Assembly (NCBI GenBank): GCA_963717295.1
Contig: OY970330.1
Coordinates: 7,932,822 to 7,996,821, forward strand
From: Thermoanaerobaculaceae bacterium
GTDB taxonomy: Bacteria; Acidobacteriota; Thermoanaerobaculia; Multivoradales; UBA5704
Length of the DNA stretch: 64,000 bases
Direction: 5' to 3'
In this document: piece by piece, positions 49,515-57,493 of the stretch
Layout of the letters: each line of letters begins with the position of its first letter
How positions within the stretch are numbered: the first letter of the stretch is position 1
Translations under genes and position numbers: made by a program
Notes under the pieces: model-generated
What the model was told of the DNA's origin: nothing
What the model saw: the letters and a program-made list of their open reading frames with translations, nothing else
The model's database searches: none

Positions 49515-49751
49515 CTAGATGAGGCCAGCTAAGACGATGCCGCTCCGGACCGTAGTCGTGCCGCAGACCTCGCACCAGCCTTGCCGCTGGTCGGGCTCGA
49601 CTTCAGCCGTGTAGAGGCAGCCGGGATTCATGCAGATCCCGGGCACCACATCATCCAGGGCGTACTCCTCGATGTACTCCCCGACCGTGAGAGCCCACTG
49701 GTCGGCCAGTTCGTCAAGCTTCGAGAACTCCTTTCGTGCGGCGGAAAACAT
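49515..49751 (-). CDS. small zinc-ribbon protein (78 aa)
   Basis: MFSAARKEF...CMNPGC...CEVCGTT, a CxxxxC...CxxC arrangement. Upstream of the ECF-like sigma. Confidence 0.4.
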   Translation of the reverse strand: MFSAARKEFSKLDELADQWALTVGEYIEEYALDDVVPGICMNPGCLYTAEVEPDQRQGWCEVCGTTTVRSGIVLAGLI

Positions 49752-50026
49752 GAGAGGCTCCTTTCTGAAAAAGGTTTTTAAGAAACCGGATTCAGGGTAA
49801 GGGCGGGAGCGAAGCGAGAAAAGGCGGCACAAAGTGCCGCCTTGAAGAGGAGAGGAATTTTGTCGTCCTATCGATCAGCTTCGACGAGGCAGTGAAATAC
49901 CCGGCAACACACGAGCCGAGCCTCACGGCTCCCCGCGGGTATACATACCCCGCTACATACAAGGTATGTACGGGTCCCGCCCGAGGCGGACCGCCGAATC
50001 CCCATACGGGGATTCAAAGTACTGGC

Positions 50027-50173
50027 TCCCCACCGCTGTCGGGCTGCGCCCGACTGGCGTGGTTTCCTGACGGCTATCGGGTCTCGATCTTTCCCTATCG
50101 GTCGGCCCTTTGACCAAACCCCGCCAGTCGGGCGCACCGGCCTCGATACTCGGCCTTCCCGACAGCGGTGGGG
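50027..50173. other. nested imperfect inverted repeat; candidate oriT (or attachment site) upstream of the coupling-ATPase gene
   Basis: CCCCACCGCTGTCGGG / CCCGACAGCGGTGGGG outer arms (16 bp) and GCGCCCGACTGGCG / CGCCAGTCGGGCGC inner arms (14 bp), about 60 nt apart. Small hairpins TACATAC-AAG-GTATGTA and CCCC-ATAC-GGGG lie just upstream (49940-50016). Confidence 0.45.
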
Positions 50174-50428
50174 CACTGGCTTACGAAGGGCCGACGCTTC
50201 GCGTCACTACTGGCGAAGGCGTCGAAGCTCTCCGCCTTGGCAGGAAGGAAACCACGCGCGAGACTTACGCTCGCGCCTACCTCTCTTGCCGCGCCCGCTC
50301 GGTCACCACACGCCGTATTGCGGGCGTCACCGTGGAGCTTCCAGGCACGGGTTCTGCGGTCCTCCCTAGCGGGGAGGACACTGGCTCCCCATGGGGAGGG
50401 GAAGAGAGGTCGGGCGCCTTCCTATCCC

Positions 50429-51709
50429 ATGGACCACACCCCTATCGCAATCGGCACCCGCACGTATTGGGTTTCGGATGACCCGAAGCTTGTTTTGCTG
50501 CATCCCGAGGACCGGGCACAGCACCTCTATGTCGTCGGAAAGACGGGGCTCGGCAAGAGCACCTTGCTTCGGAACCTCATCCTCCAGGACCTCTATGCCG
50601 GGCGAGGTGTGGGTCTCCTTGATCCTCATGGAGACCTCGCGCGCGATGTATTGGACGCGATCCCGCGCGGACGCACGAACGACGTGCTCTATTTCAACCC
50701 CGGCGACCTCGCGCGTCCCGTGGGCCTGAATCTCCTGCCCAGGGTTCCGCGCGACGAGGAACATCTTGTCGTGGCCGGAGTCCTCTCCGCCTTCCGGGGG
50801 ATCTGGGGCTCGAGCTGGGGACCGCGCCTCGAATACATCCTGGGACATGCCCTGGCGGCGCTCCTTGACCACGGCCAGCTCACGATCCTCGCCCTACCTC
50901 GTCTCCTATCGGACGACGCCTTCCGGGAGCGCCTCACGGCGCGTGTTCGAGATCCGATTGTCCGTGCCTTCTGGCGCGACGAGTACGCCCGCTACGAGAA
51001 GCGCTTTCGGCTTGAAGCCATCGCCCCGATCCAAAACAAGATCGGGCGCCTCCTCTCGAACGCTCCGATGCGGAACATCATGGGCCAGGTGAAAAGCCGC
51101 TTCGACGCGGGATTCCTCATGGACCGGAGCCGGATCATGATCGCCAATCTCTCGAAAGGCGTGATCGGCGACGACCATGCCCGTCTCCTTGGGGCGCTTC
51201 TCCTCTCGCAGTTCCAATGGGCGGCGATGCGGAGGGCGGCGTTGCCGTATGCTGCCCGCACCCCCTTCCACCTCTACATCGACGAGTTCCAGAGCTTCGC
51301 GACCGATGCCCTCACCTCCATCCTCGCGGAGGCCAGGAAATACGGGCTCGCCCTCGTTCTCGCCCACCAGTACCTCGATCAGCTCACCGACGAGATCCGG
51401 CAAAGCGTATTCGGCAATGCCGGCAACCTCATTGCCTTCCGGGTGGGCCAAGCCGATGCCCGTATCCTTGAGGACGAGCTCGGCGGCGACGTGAAGATGG
51501 GGAACCTCGTTTCCTTGGGGAAGCACGAGATCTATGCCCGGCTCCTGGACGAGGGCCGGATGCGGGAGCCCTTCCGGGGCAAGACCCTGGCGCCCGTCCG
51601 GGGCACCGCGACCGGCCGGCGGGAGGCGGTGATCCGGCAATCGCGGGAGCGGTATGGTAGGCCGCGGGCGGAGGTGGAGGGGAAGATCGAACGGTGGCTT
51701 GGCGGCTGA
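50429..51709 (+). CDS. TraD/TrwB-like conjugative coupling P-loop ATPase (paralog of the 997-aa protein's core)
   Basis: Walker A YVVGKTGLGKST, LLDPHGDLARDVL, Walker B HLYIDEFQSF. Aligns with residues ~380-800 of the 43920..46913 product. Confidence 0.6.
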   Translation: MDHTPIAIGTRTYWVSDDPKLVLLHPEDRAQHLYVVGKTGLGKSTLLRNLILQDLYAGRGVGLLDPHGDLARDVLDAIPRGRTNDVLYFNPGDLARPVGLNLLPRVPRDEEHLVVAGVLSAFRGIWGSSWGPRLEYILGHALAALLDHGQLTILALPRLLSDDAFRERLTARVRDPIVRAFWRDEYARYEKRFRLEAIAPIQNKIGRLLSNAPMRNIMGQVKSRFDAGFLMDRSRIMIANLSKGVIGDDHARLLGALLLSQFQWAAMRRAALPYAARTPFHLYIDEFQSFATDALTSILAEARKYGLALVLAHQYLDQLTDEIRQSVFGNAGNLIAFRVGQADARILEDELGGDVKMGNLVSLGKHEIYARLLDEGRMREPFRGKTLAPVRGTATGRREAVIRQSRERYGRPRAEVEGKIERWLGG

Positions 51710-51756
51710 CCACGCCGCCTTTGCGGGCCATCGGCCGGCCGGTACGCTGACTCCCA

Positions 51757-52764
51757 ATGTCCCATCTCCAGACCCGCAGACCCCGCTTCGATCGTGCACC
51801 GGTGCGCGGCATCATTCTTACGCCCCGCGACCTCGAGATTCTCCGCGCCGTCTGTCGCCACCGGCTCCTTCGCTCTACTCATCTCGTAGCTCTCTCCGGA
51901 GGAAGCCCCCAGGCGACGCTTCGCCGCTTACAGCTCCTTTTCCACCATGGCTACCTCGATCGGCCGCCCATGCAACTCGACTGGTACGCGCGAGGATCGG
52001 AGCCCATGGTCTATGCCCTCGGGACTCGGGGTGCGGAGGTTCTCGATACCGAGGGTGAACTGAGGCGGGGCGGTGTGCGTTGGGACACGAAAAACCGCAA
52101 CCTCTCCCGCGTCTTCCTTCATCACACGCTCGCGGTCGCCCAGGTCATGGTGGCCTTCGAGGTCGCTTGCCGGAGGCGCGAGGGGGTGCAGTTCATCTCG
52201 CCGGAAGACGTGCTTGCCGGAGCGCCACCTGAGACTCGGCGTCTGCGCCTTCCCTTCCGCTGGCAGGTCGAGGTCCGCCAAGGCGGCAAGCTCTACCATC
52301 TGGGCGTCGAGCCGGATCGGGTCTTCGGCCTGCACTTCGAGGGTGTGCCGGAGAACCGGAGTCGAGCGTTCTTCTTCCTCGAAGCGGACCGGGGCACTAT
52401 GCCAGTTGAGAGGAAGGGCCTCGTGCAGACAAGCTTTCTCCGCAAGATCTTCGCGTACCGAGAGACCTGGCGGCAGGGACTCCACAAGGAGCACCTCGGC
52501 ATCCCGAACTTCCGAGTCCTCACTGTAACGACGAGCGAGGAGCGGGTGGGGCACTTGGTTGGGGCGTGTCGGTCGTTATCCGGAGGCGGCTCGCGCCTTT
52601 TTCTCTTCACGACCGGGGAACTAGATCGCGAAGACATTCTCGCCCAATGGTGGGAGAGTGGGAGGGGCGAACTCGTGAGACTCTTCGGGGCCACCCGAAC
52701 CTCCCCGCCGGAAGTGAAGGATACACATCTCTTGGAGGGGCCGATGACCTCCTCCGAGACTTAG
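51757..52764 (+). CDS. replication-relaxation family protein (Replic_Relax, putative relaxase-like)
   Basis: N-terminal wHTH ILTPRDLEILRAVCRHRLLRSTHLVAL and overall Replic_Relax layout. Adjacent to the coupling ATPase. Confidence 0.6.
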   Translation: MSHLQTRRPRFDRAPVRGIILTPRDLEILRAVCRHRLLRSTHLVALSGGSPQATLRRLQLLFHHGYLDRPPMQLDWYARGSEPMVYALGTRGAEVLDTEGELRRGGVRWDTKNRNLSRVFLHHTLAVAQVMVAFEVACRRREGVQFISPEDVLAGAPPETRRLRLPFRWQVEVRQGGKLYHLGVEPDRVFGLHFEGVPENRSRAFFFLEADRGTMPVERKGLVQTSFLRKIFAYRETWRQGLHKEHLGIPNFRVLTVTTSEERVGHLVGACRSLSGGGSRLFLFTTGELDREDILAQWWESGRGELVRLFGATRTSPPEVKDTHLLEGPMTSSET

Positions 52765-52966
52765 GTCCAACCACTAGTCGTCTGAGTCCGCGCGCACGAG
52801 ATCTCTCTAGGCGACATCCTCGGAAACTCACAGCTTCAGTGCCGGAGCGGGAACCGAGTGTGCTAGACTGCCAGAAGTTGCGGCTTTTAGCTAAATAGCT
52901 ATAAGCAAGATGCGCTGTGTGTCTTGGCCCTATAAGTTTGCATGAATCCTCAAGGGGTGTGCAGCA

Positions 52967-54970
52967 ATGCAAGACGGTTCGAGTGGCAGAAAAAGATCTT
53001 CCAATTTTCAGATAGCTCGCCTCACAGATCCTGAAGCAGTGAATGTCCGCCAATATGGAGGAAAGATTTCGAACCTTGCCCGTCTAACTACGATAGGTAG
53101 TCGTGTCCCTTCAGGCTTGGCACTCGGCAAACAAGTGCTCGCCTATTTTCTTAGTGAAAACGAGATTGACCTCGCGGCTCTCGACCAAATTCATAGCCGC
53201 GGCATGATTTTCCTTGAATCAGCTCTAAGCGAAGCACAAACGTGGCAAGAAAGGATCGTCTCAACTATCCGGGATGGAAGATTCCCTCCGGATATACAGG
53301 CGACGCTCCTTGATGAGTTATTCGACGGTCGTCGATATGCGGTTCGTTCCTCGTGTGTAGTAGAGGATTCCTCCTCTACCTCGTTCGCAGGACAGTACAT
53401 GACGGTTCTCGGTGTTTCGGGTCACAGCGCACTTCTAGACGCAATTCGTTCATGCTGGTCATCTCAATATGACGGTCGGGTTCTCACTTATGCTCTCTCT
53501 CGCCGTGGAATGCCTGTTCTCATTCCATCCATGGCGATTCTGATCCAGGAAATGCTGGAGCCGGAGTTTGCTGGCGTTTGCTTTTCTGAGGGTCCGACTC
53601 CACGAACTAGAGACTTCACAATTGTCGAGAGTGTTGATGGTATTGGAGAAGCGCTAGTTAGCGGTGAAAAGACACCAGCACACTTCGAGGTTGCGAAGGA
53701 TGGCTCCATTCATCGCGCATTGGTTAATCCCGCGACTGGAAAAGTCCCGACCGAGAACCAAATTGTAGCTGTTGCCGACGAGGCAAAACGAATTTCTACA
53801 GCCTTCGGTTCTCCCCAGGATATTGAATGGGCAATTGCCAATGACCAACTTTTCCTTCTTCAAGCACGACCAATAACAGTTCTCGGAGGCCAAAGAACGG
53901 CATCCATTCCTACATTCGGTGGAGACCAGACTAAGAGACCTTCTCTTGGCGGTGAACAGGTTGTCGCGACTTCCGAGATCCTTCGCGACGATCTTCATGA
54001 GTGGCTGATCGCGCGGATCGATCCACTCGTCTATCGGGGAGCGGCCTACCTGCTTTCGAAACAGCATGAGGATGGGTCTTGGAAGGTTGAGGGTCATCCA
54101 GAGTGGGATTGTGTTGCCACGGCTCTGACGGTAAGACTATTGCTAGACGGTGGTGTTCCGAGCATGTTGACGTGGTCACTACCAGGGCGGGCGAATGACG
54201 CACCTGCTCTCGGAGTTCAGGCTGCAATAGGCTGGTTAGTAAGAAATATAAAAGAGGATGGCAGTTGGGGAACTGATCTCTGGGATACCTGCCAAGTAAT
54301 CAGAGCTCTCCTACGCTCGGGATTCACCCTTGATGAGCCTATTCTAGCCTCAGCGTTTACTCAAGTGACATCGCAATTGGCCAGGGGGATGACCAGTGTC
54401 GCAGAGCAAGAATGGGCCGGTGCCGGCTTTCTCGCTGTTGTTCTGCAACTCCTACATGACGCTCGAAAGCAGCCAATGCTCGATGATTTCATGTCCCTTC
54501 TCCTGGAAGCGCAAACAGCAGAAGGCGATTTTCCTGCGTTCTACCGCGGCAGTCGCGACCCAGTTCCATCGGAATGGCACACGGCCCAAGCGATCACTGC
54601 TCTTAGTCACTGTTGCGCTGGAAAAGGCGATGTAATGACTGCCGTGCAAAGAGCACAGGATTGGCTTGTTTCACGCCAGCATGGCAACGGTTCATGGGGA
54701 GTTAGCGCTGGGTCCTATTCCCATTTCAATACGTTCTTCACATCCTATGCCATCGTCTCTTTCTCAAACGAAGACCTCCCTCGAAGCGATACCGTGACGA
54801 AGGCCCTAAGGTGGTTACGCGGAAAACAACTGGCATCCGGCGCATTTGGCGACATTGCATCATCGTTGATGGCATTGAGCGCCTTCCAACATGTCCGAGG
54901 GCGAATATTTTCCCTTGATATGCCAATCCCTCTTTTTCTGAGAATCCAAAGTTGTCTTAGTAAGGCATGA
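52967..54970 (+). CDS. fusion protein: PEP-utilizing-enzyme ATP-binding (PPDK_N / ATP-grasp-like) domain + alpha/alpha-toroid domain with QW motifs (terpene cyclase / prenyltransferase-like)
   Basis: N-terminus VRQYGGKISNLARLTTIGSRVPSGLAL resembles GGKGANL..LG.PVP of PEP synthase/PPDK/rifampin phosphotransferase. C-terminus has QW-like repeats KQHEDGSWKV, NIKEDGSWGTDLWDT, SRQHGNGSWGVS, GKQLASGAFGD. About 50% GC. Confidence 0.6.
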   Translation: MQDGSSGRKRSSNFQIARLTDPEAVNVRQYGGKISNLARLTTIGSRVPSGLALGKQVLAYFLSENEIDLAALDQIHSRGMIFLESALSEAQTWQERIVSTIRDGRFPPDIQATLLDELFDGRRYAVRSSCVVEDSSSTSFAGQYMTVLGVSGHSALLDAIRSCWSSQYDGRVLTYALSRRGMPVLIPSMAILIQEMLEPEFAGVCFSEGPTPRTRDFTIVESVDGIGEALVSGEKTPAHFEVAKDGSIHRALVNPATGKVPTENQIVAVADEAKRISTAFGSPQDIEWAIANDQLFLLQARPITVLGGQRTASIPTFGGDQTKRPSLGGEQVVATSEILRDDLHEWLIARIDPLVYRGAAYLLSKQHEDGSWKVEGHPEWDCVATALTVRLLLDGGVPSMLTWSLPGRANDAPALGVQAAIGWLVRNIKEDGSWGTDLWDTCQVIRALLRSGFTLDEPILASAFTQVTSQLARGMTSVAEQEWAGAGFLAVVLQLLHDARKQPMLDDFMSLLLEAQTAEGDFPAFYRGSRDPVPSEWHTAQAITALSHCCAGKGDVMTAVQRAQDWLVSRQHGNGSWGVSAGSYSHFNTFFTSYAIVSFSNEDLPRSDTVTKALRWLRGKQLASGAFGDIASSLMALSAFQHVRGRIFSLDMPIPLFLRIQSCLSKA

Positions 54971-54992
54971 AACTCAAACGAGGATCTCCAAA

Positions 54993-56099
54993 ATGAAAGA
55001 CTTTAGTCCCCCCTTTCTCTCTTCGCTCGTTCCCATCTTAGAGGTCATTCCGAATGACCTGCTTCCTTGGATTGCAGAAAAGCATATGGGTTACCTGGAC
55101 GACCGTATCCATAAGATAGATATTCTTACAGACTATCTAGCCGAATGTGATTCGGTTGCCGCCCAACGCAAGGAGTTCATTGCGTTTGTCGATGGATGGA
55201 CCCGTCAGGAGTGTGTTGACTTCCCTGTTTACATGACTGAATATCGTTCTCGGTATACCGAAGTGCGGGTTGGTGTAGAGGCGCAATGCGAACGTATCCT
55301 TGACGATGAAGAACTTTGGAAATCACCCGTAACGCTCTTGGAATTTTGGCGCGACTTCACCCTGCTCAATGAACTTGACAGTCTCCATGGGATGTTTCTC
55401 ACCTCCGGCCGTTGGTACGTTAACGTCATGCTTCCAGTGGTGAAGGAATTGGTACAGTGTTCATTGCCTAACGAGATATCACCGGGCGATCGAGTCAATC
55501 TCTCATACTTAGTCGCTCGGCGGGTAATTACCCCTCGGTTCGCAGAGGTGCCGGCCGAATTTCCTTCCCATCTAGAGCGCCGATTTTCCTCTCTCTTCAT
55601 TCCCGTCTTGCAGTACTTTGATAGGCAGTTATTGTTTTTATTTGAACAGATGTCTGATCTTCCCCTGCCTGACGATTATTCGATCCGGAAATTTGCGATG
55701 GATGTAAGCAGCAACCCCGATCCCTATCGAAACCTGTTGAGCCAAGGGATTTACCCGCCGTTCGCTTGGCATGAACTCTATTCGAGTAAAAGGCAGCGTC
55801 GCCCTGGAAAGAGTTTTGAAGAAGCAACGGCTAGATTTTTGGAGAGCGTGACGGAAGAGGACCGTCCGCGCGCTGACCAAGCGCTGGAGTTTCTTCGCTA
55901 TATGAAAGCATTTGAACTGAACTACAATAATTATAATTACAAGGGCAAGTTTGGCTTAGTTTCCAAATATTTTTACTGGCGCACAAGTCAACTTCTAAGA
56001 TCAGAAGACGTCTCGCCTTTTCTCGACGCTATCTTAGGCGATCGTTTTTTTGAAGCTCTTGGAGTGCTTGAGCGCGCTCTTCTGGCGAAAGGAGTTTAG
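54993..56099 (+). CDS. hypothetical protein (368 aa), low GC, inside the cargo operon
   Basis: Stop/start spacing of 22 nt from the upstream gene and 3 nt to the next. No recognisable motif. Confidence 0.5.
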   Translation: MKDFSPPFLSSLVPILEVIPNDLLPWIAEKHMGYLDDRIHKIDILTDYLAECDSVAAQRKEFIAFVDGWTRQECVDFPVYMTEYRSRYTEVRVGVEAQCERILDDEELWKSPVTLLEFWRDFTLLNELDSLHGMFLTSGRWYVNVMLPVVKELVQCSLPNEISPGDRVNLSYLVARRVITPRFAEVPAEFPSHLERRFSSLFIPVLQYFDRQLLFLFEQMSDLPLPDDYSIRKFAMDVSSNPDPYRNLLSQGIYPPFAWHELYSSKRQRRPGKSFEEATARFLESVTEEDRPRADQALEFLRYMKAFELNYNNYNYKGKFGLVSKYFYWRTSQLLRSEDVSPFLDAILGDRFFEALGVLERALLAKGV

Positions 56100-56102
56100 G
56101 AG

Positions 56103-56429
56103 ATGGTAACCATTATCGGAATCAGTGCGTCGTCGGGTAGGGCGAAAGGCACTGCGAAGTGGATTCACACTGCTGAAGATCTTGAGGCATTTCAGGTTGG
56201 CGATATCCTGCTTGCCAAAATGACATCTCCTGATTGGGGACAGATCTTTCAAAAGGCAGGAGCAGTTGCGACAGAGCAAGGAGGGATGCTTTGTCACGCT
56301 GCGATCGTTGCCAGAGAGGAAGGAATTCCTGCTGTAGTAGGTCTCGGAGATGAGCTGGCGCAGATTCAGAATGGTACAGTGGTTACGGTGGATGGTGATG
56401 AAGGTACGGTGGAAGTAGAGATTGCTTGA
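56103..56429 (+). CDS. stand-alone PEP-utilizing enzyme mobile (phosphohistidine swivel) domain protein
   Basis: GGMLCHAAIVAREEGIPAVVGLG matches the PEP-utilizers signature (phospho-His in GG..SHAAIvARE.GiPaVvG). 108 aa. Confidence 0.65.
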   Translation: MVTIIGISASSGRAKGTAKWIHTAEDLEAFQVGDILLAKMTSPDWGQIFQKAGAVATEQGGMLCHAAIVAREEGIPAVVGLGDELAQIQNGTVVTVDGDEGTVEVEIA

Positions 56430-56460
56430 AGTAGCCGTCGAGTAGGCATATCATCAAACC

Positions 56461-57042
56461 ATGAAAGGAACGCAAATGGCCAGCATAGAAGTGTTATATG
56501 AGGGTTACGTTAAGGAAGGCGATGGTGGTGACATCGTGCGCAACACTGTCTGCCTCGTGCTGGATGATAACGTGAAGATGGTTGTCGATCCTGGTCTCGT
56601 AGAATCGCCGAGCATCCTGCTCAATGCGCTTGGGCGCTTCAATCTAACTGCTGACGACATCACTCACGTCTATGTGACTCACTATCACATGGACCACGTA
56701 CGCTATGTCGGTCTCTTTGCAAAGGCTATCGTAGTCGACTACAAATATTTCTATGATGGCGAACTATGGGGTGAGCACGAAGGAGATGGGCATTCGATAA
56801 CTAAGAATATCCGAATACTTCATACTCCCGGCCATACGCTGGACGACTCCGCGCTCCTGGTAGATACCGAAGATGGAGTAGTTGCAATTTCGCATATCTG
56901 GTGGTTTCAAGACAGAACACCTGAGGATGACCCAATGGCAACTGACCAGAGTCTTCTTGACGCCTCTAGAACCAAAGTGGAGGCAGTGGCTCAATGGATT
57001 ATTACGCCACACGGTGGCAGAATCGAGATCACGAAGAAGTAA
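56461..57042 (+). CDS. MBL-fold metallo-hydrolase
   Basis: THYHMDH (HxHxDH) plus downstream His/Asp ligands (HTPGHT, D..ALL). Confidence 0.7.
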   Translation: MKGTQMASIEVLYEGYVKEGDGGDIVRNTVCLVLDDNVKMVVDPGLVESPSILLNALGRFNLTADDITHVYVTHYHMDHVRYVGLFAKAIVVDYKYFYDGELWGEHEGDGHSITKNIRILHTPGHTLDDSALLVDTEDGVVAISHIWWFQDRTPEDDPMATDQSLLDASRTKVEAVAQWIITPHGGRIEITKK

Positions 57043-57493
57043 ATGACACTAGTCCAAGGAAACAAACAGGAAGGTATCGGAAGTGCTGATGCAAGTGTCG
57101 GGGAGGAGCCCCCCCCGCGCTTGCTGCTCGTCCGAGAATGTTCCCGATCTTGCTCGGCGACAGTTAGGCCTGTGCATAAGAAGTAGTTGATGCCAGAGTA
57201 GGCACACTCTTCCCAGGATCGACGGCGAGGCAGCCGTCCGAAGCGGGGGAAAGGTCCAAGCCATCGCCGGGGAAGTAGACGAGCCTGCTTACTGATGGAC
57301 TGTACTGGTCTGCCGCTGCTACCAGCCGGTCCCGAGGAAGATTGGCGCTTCGCGAACCGGGCGATCTGCATCCATTGGGGGAGAAGGATTCGGGTCGAGA
57401 CCCTTCCTAGACTGCCAAGCTGTTGCGAACTTACATTGAGATATCCCTCTTAGCCGATTTCCGGTTTAGATATCAGGGCTGTAGACTATGTAA

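Noticed and set aside
49930-50190. Retron msr/msd ncRNA
   Set aside because: The inverted repeats superficially resemble retron a1/a2 and msd stems, but no reverse transcriptase gene is present in the vicinity. oriT or att is the more economical explanation.
50110-50481. 123-aa ORF covering the inverted-repeat region upstream of the TraD-like gene
   Set aside because: It overlaps the nested inverted repeat and the start of the TraD-like gene, has a low-complexity translation, and is more plausibly a non-coding oriT or att region.
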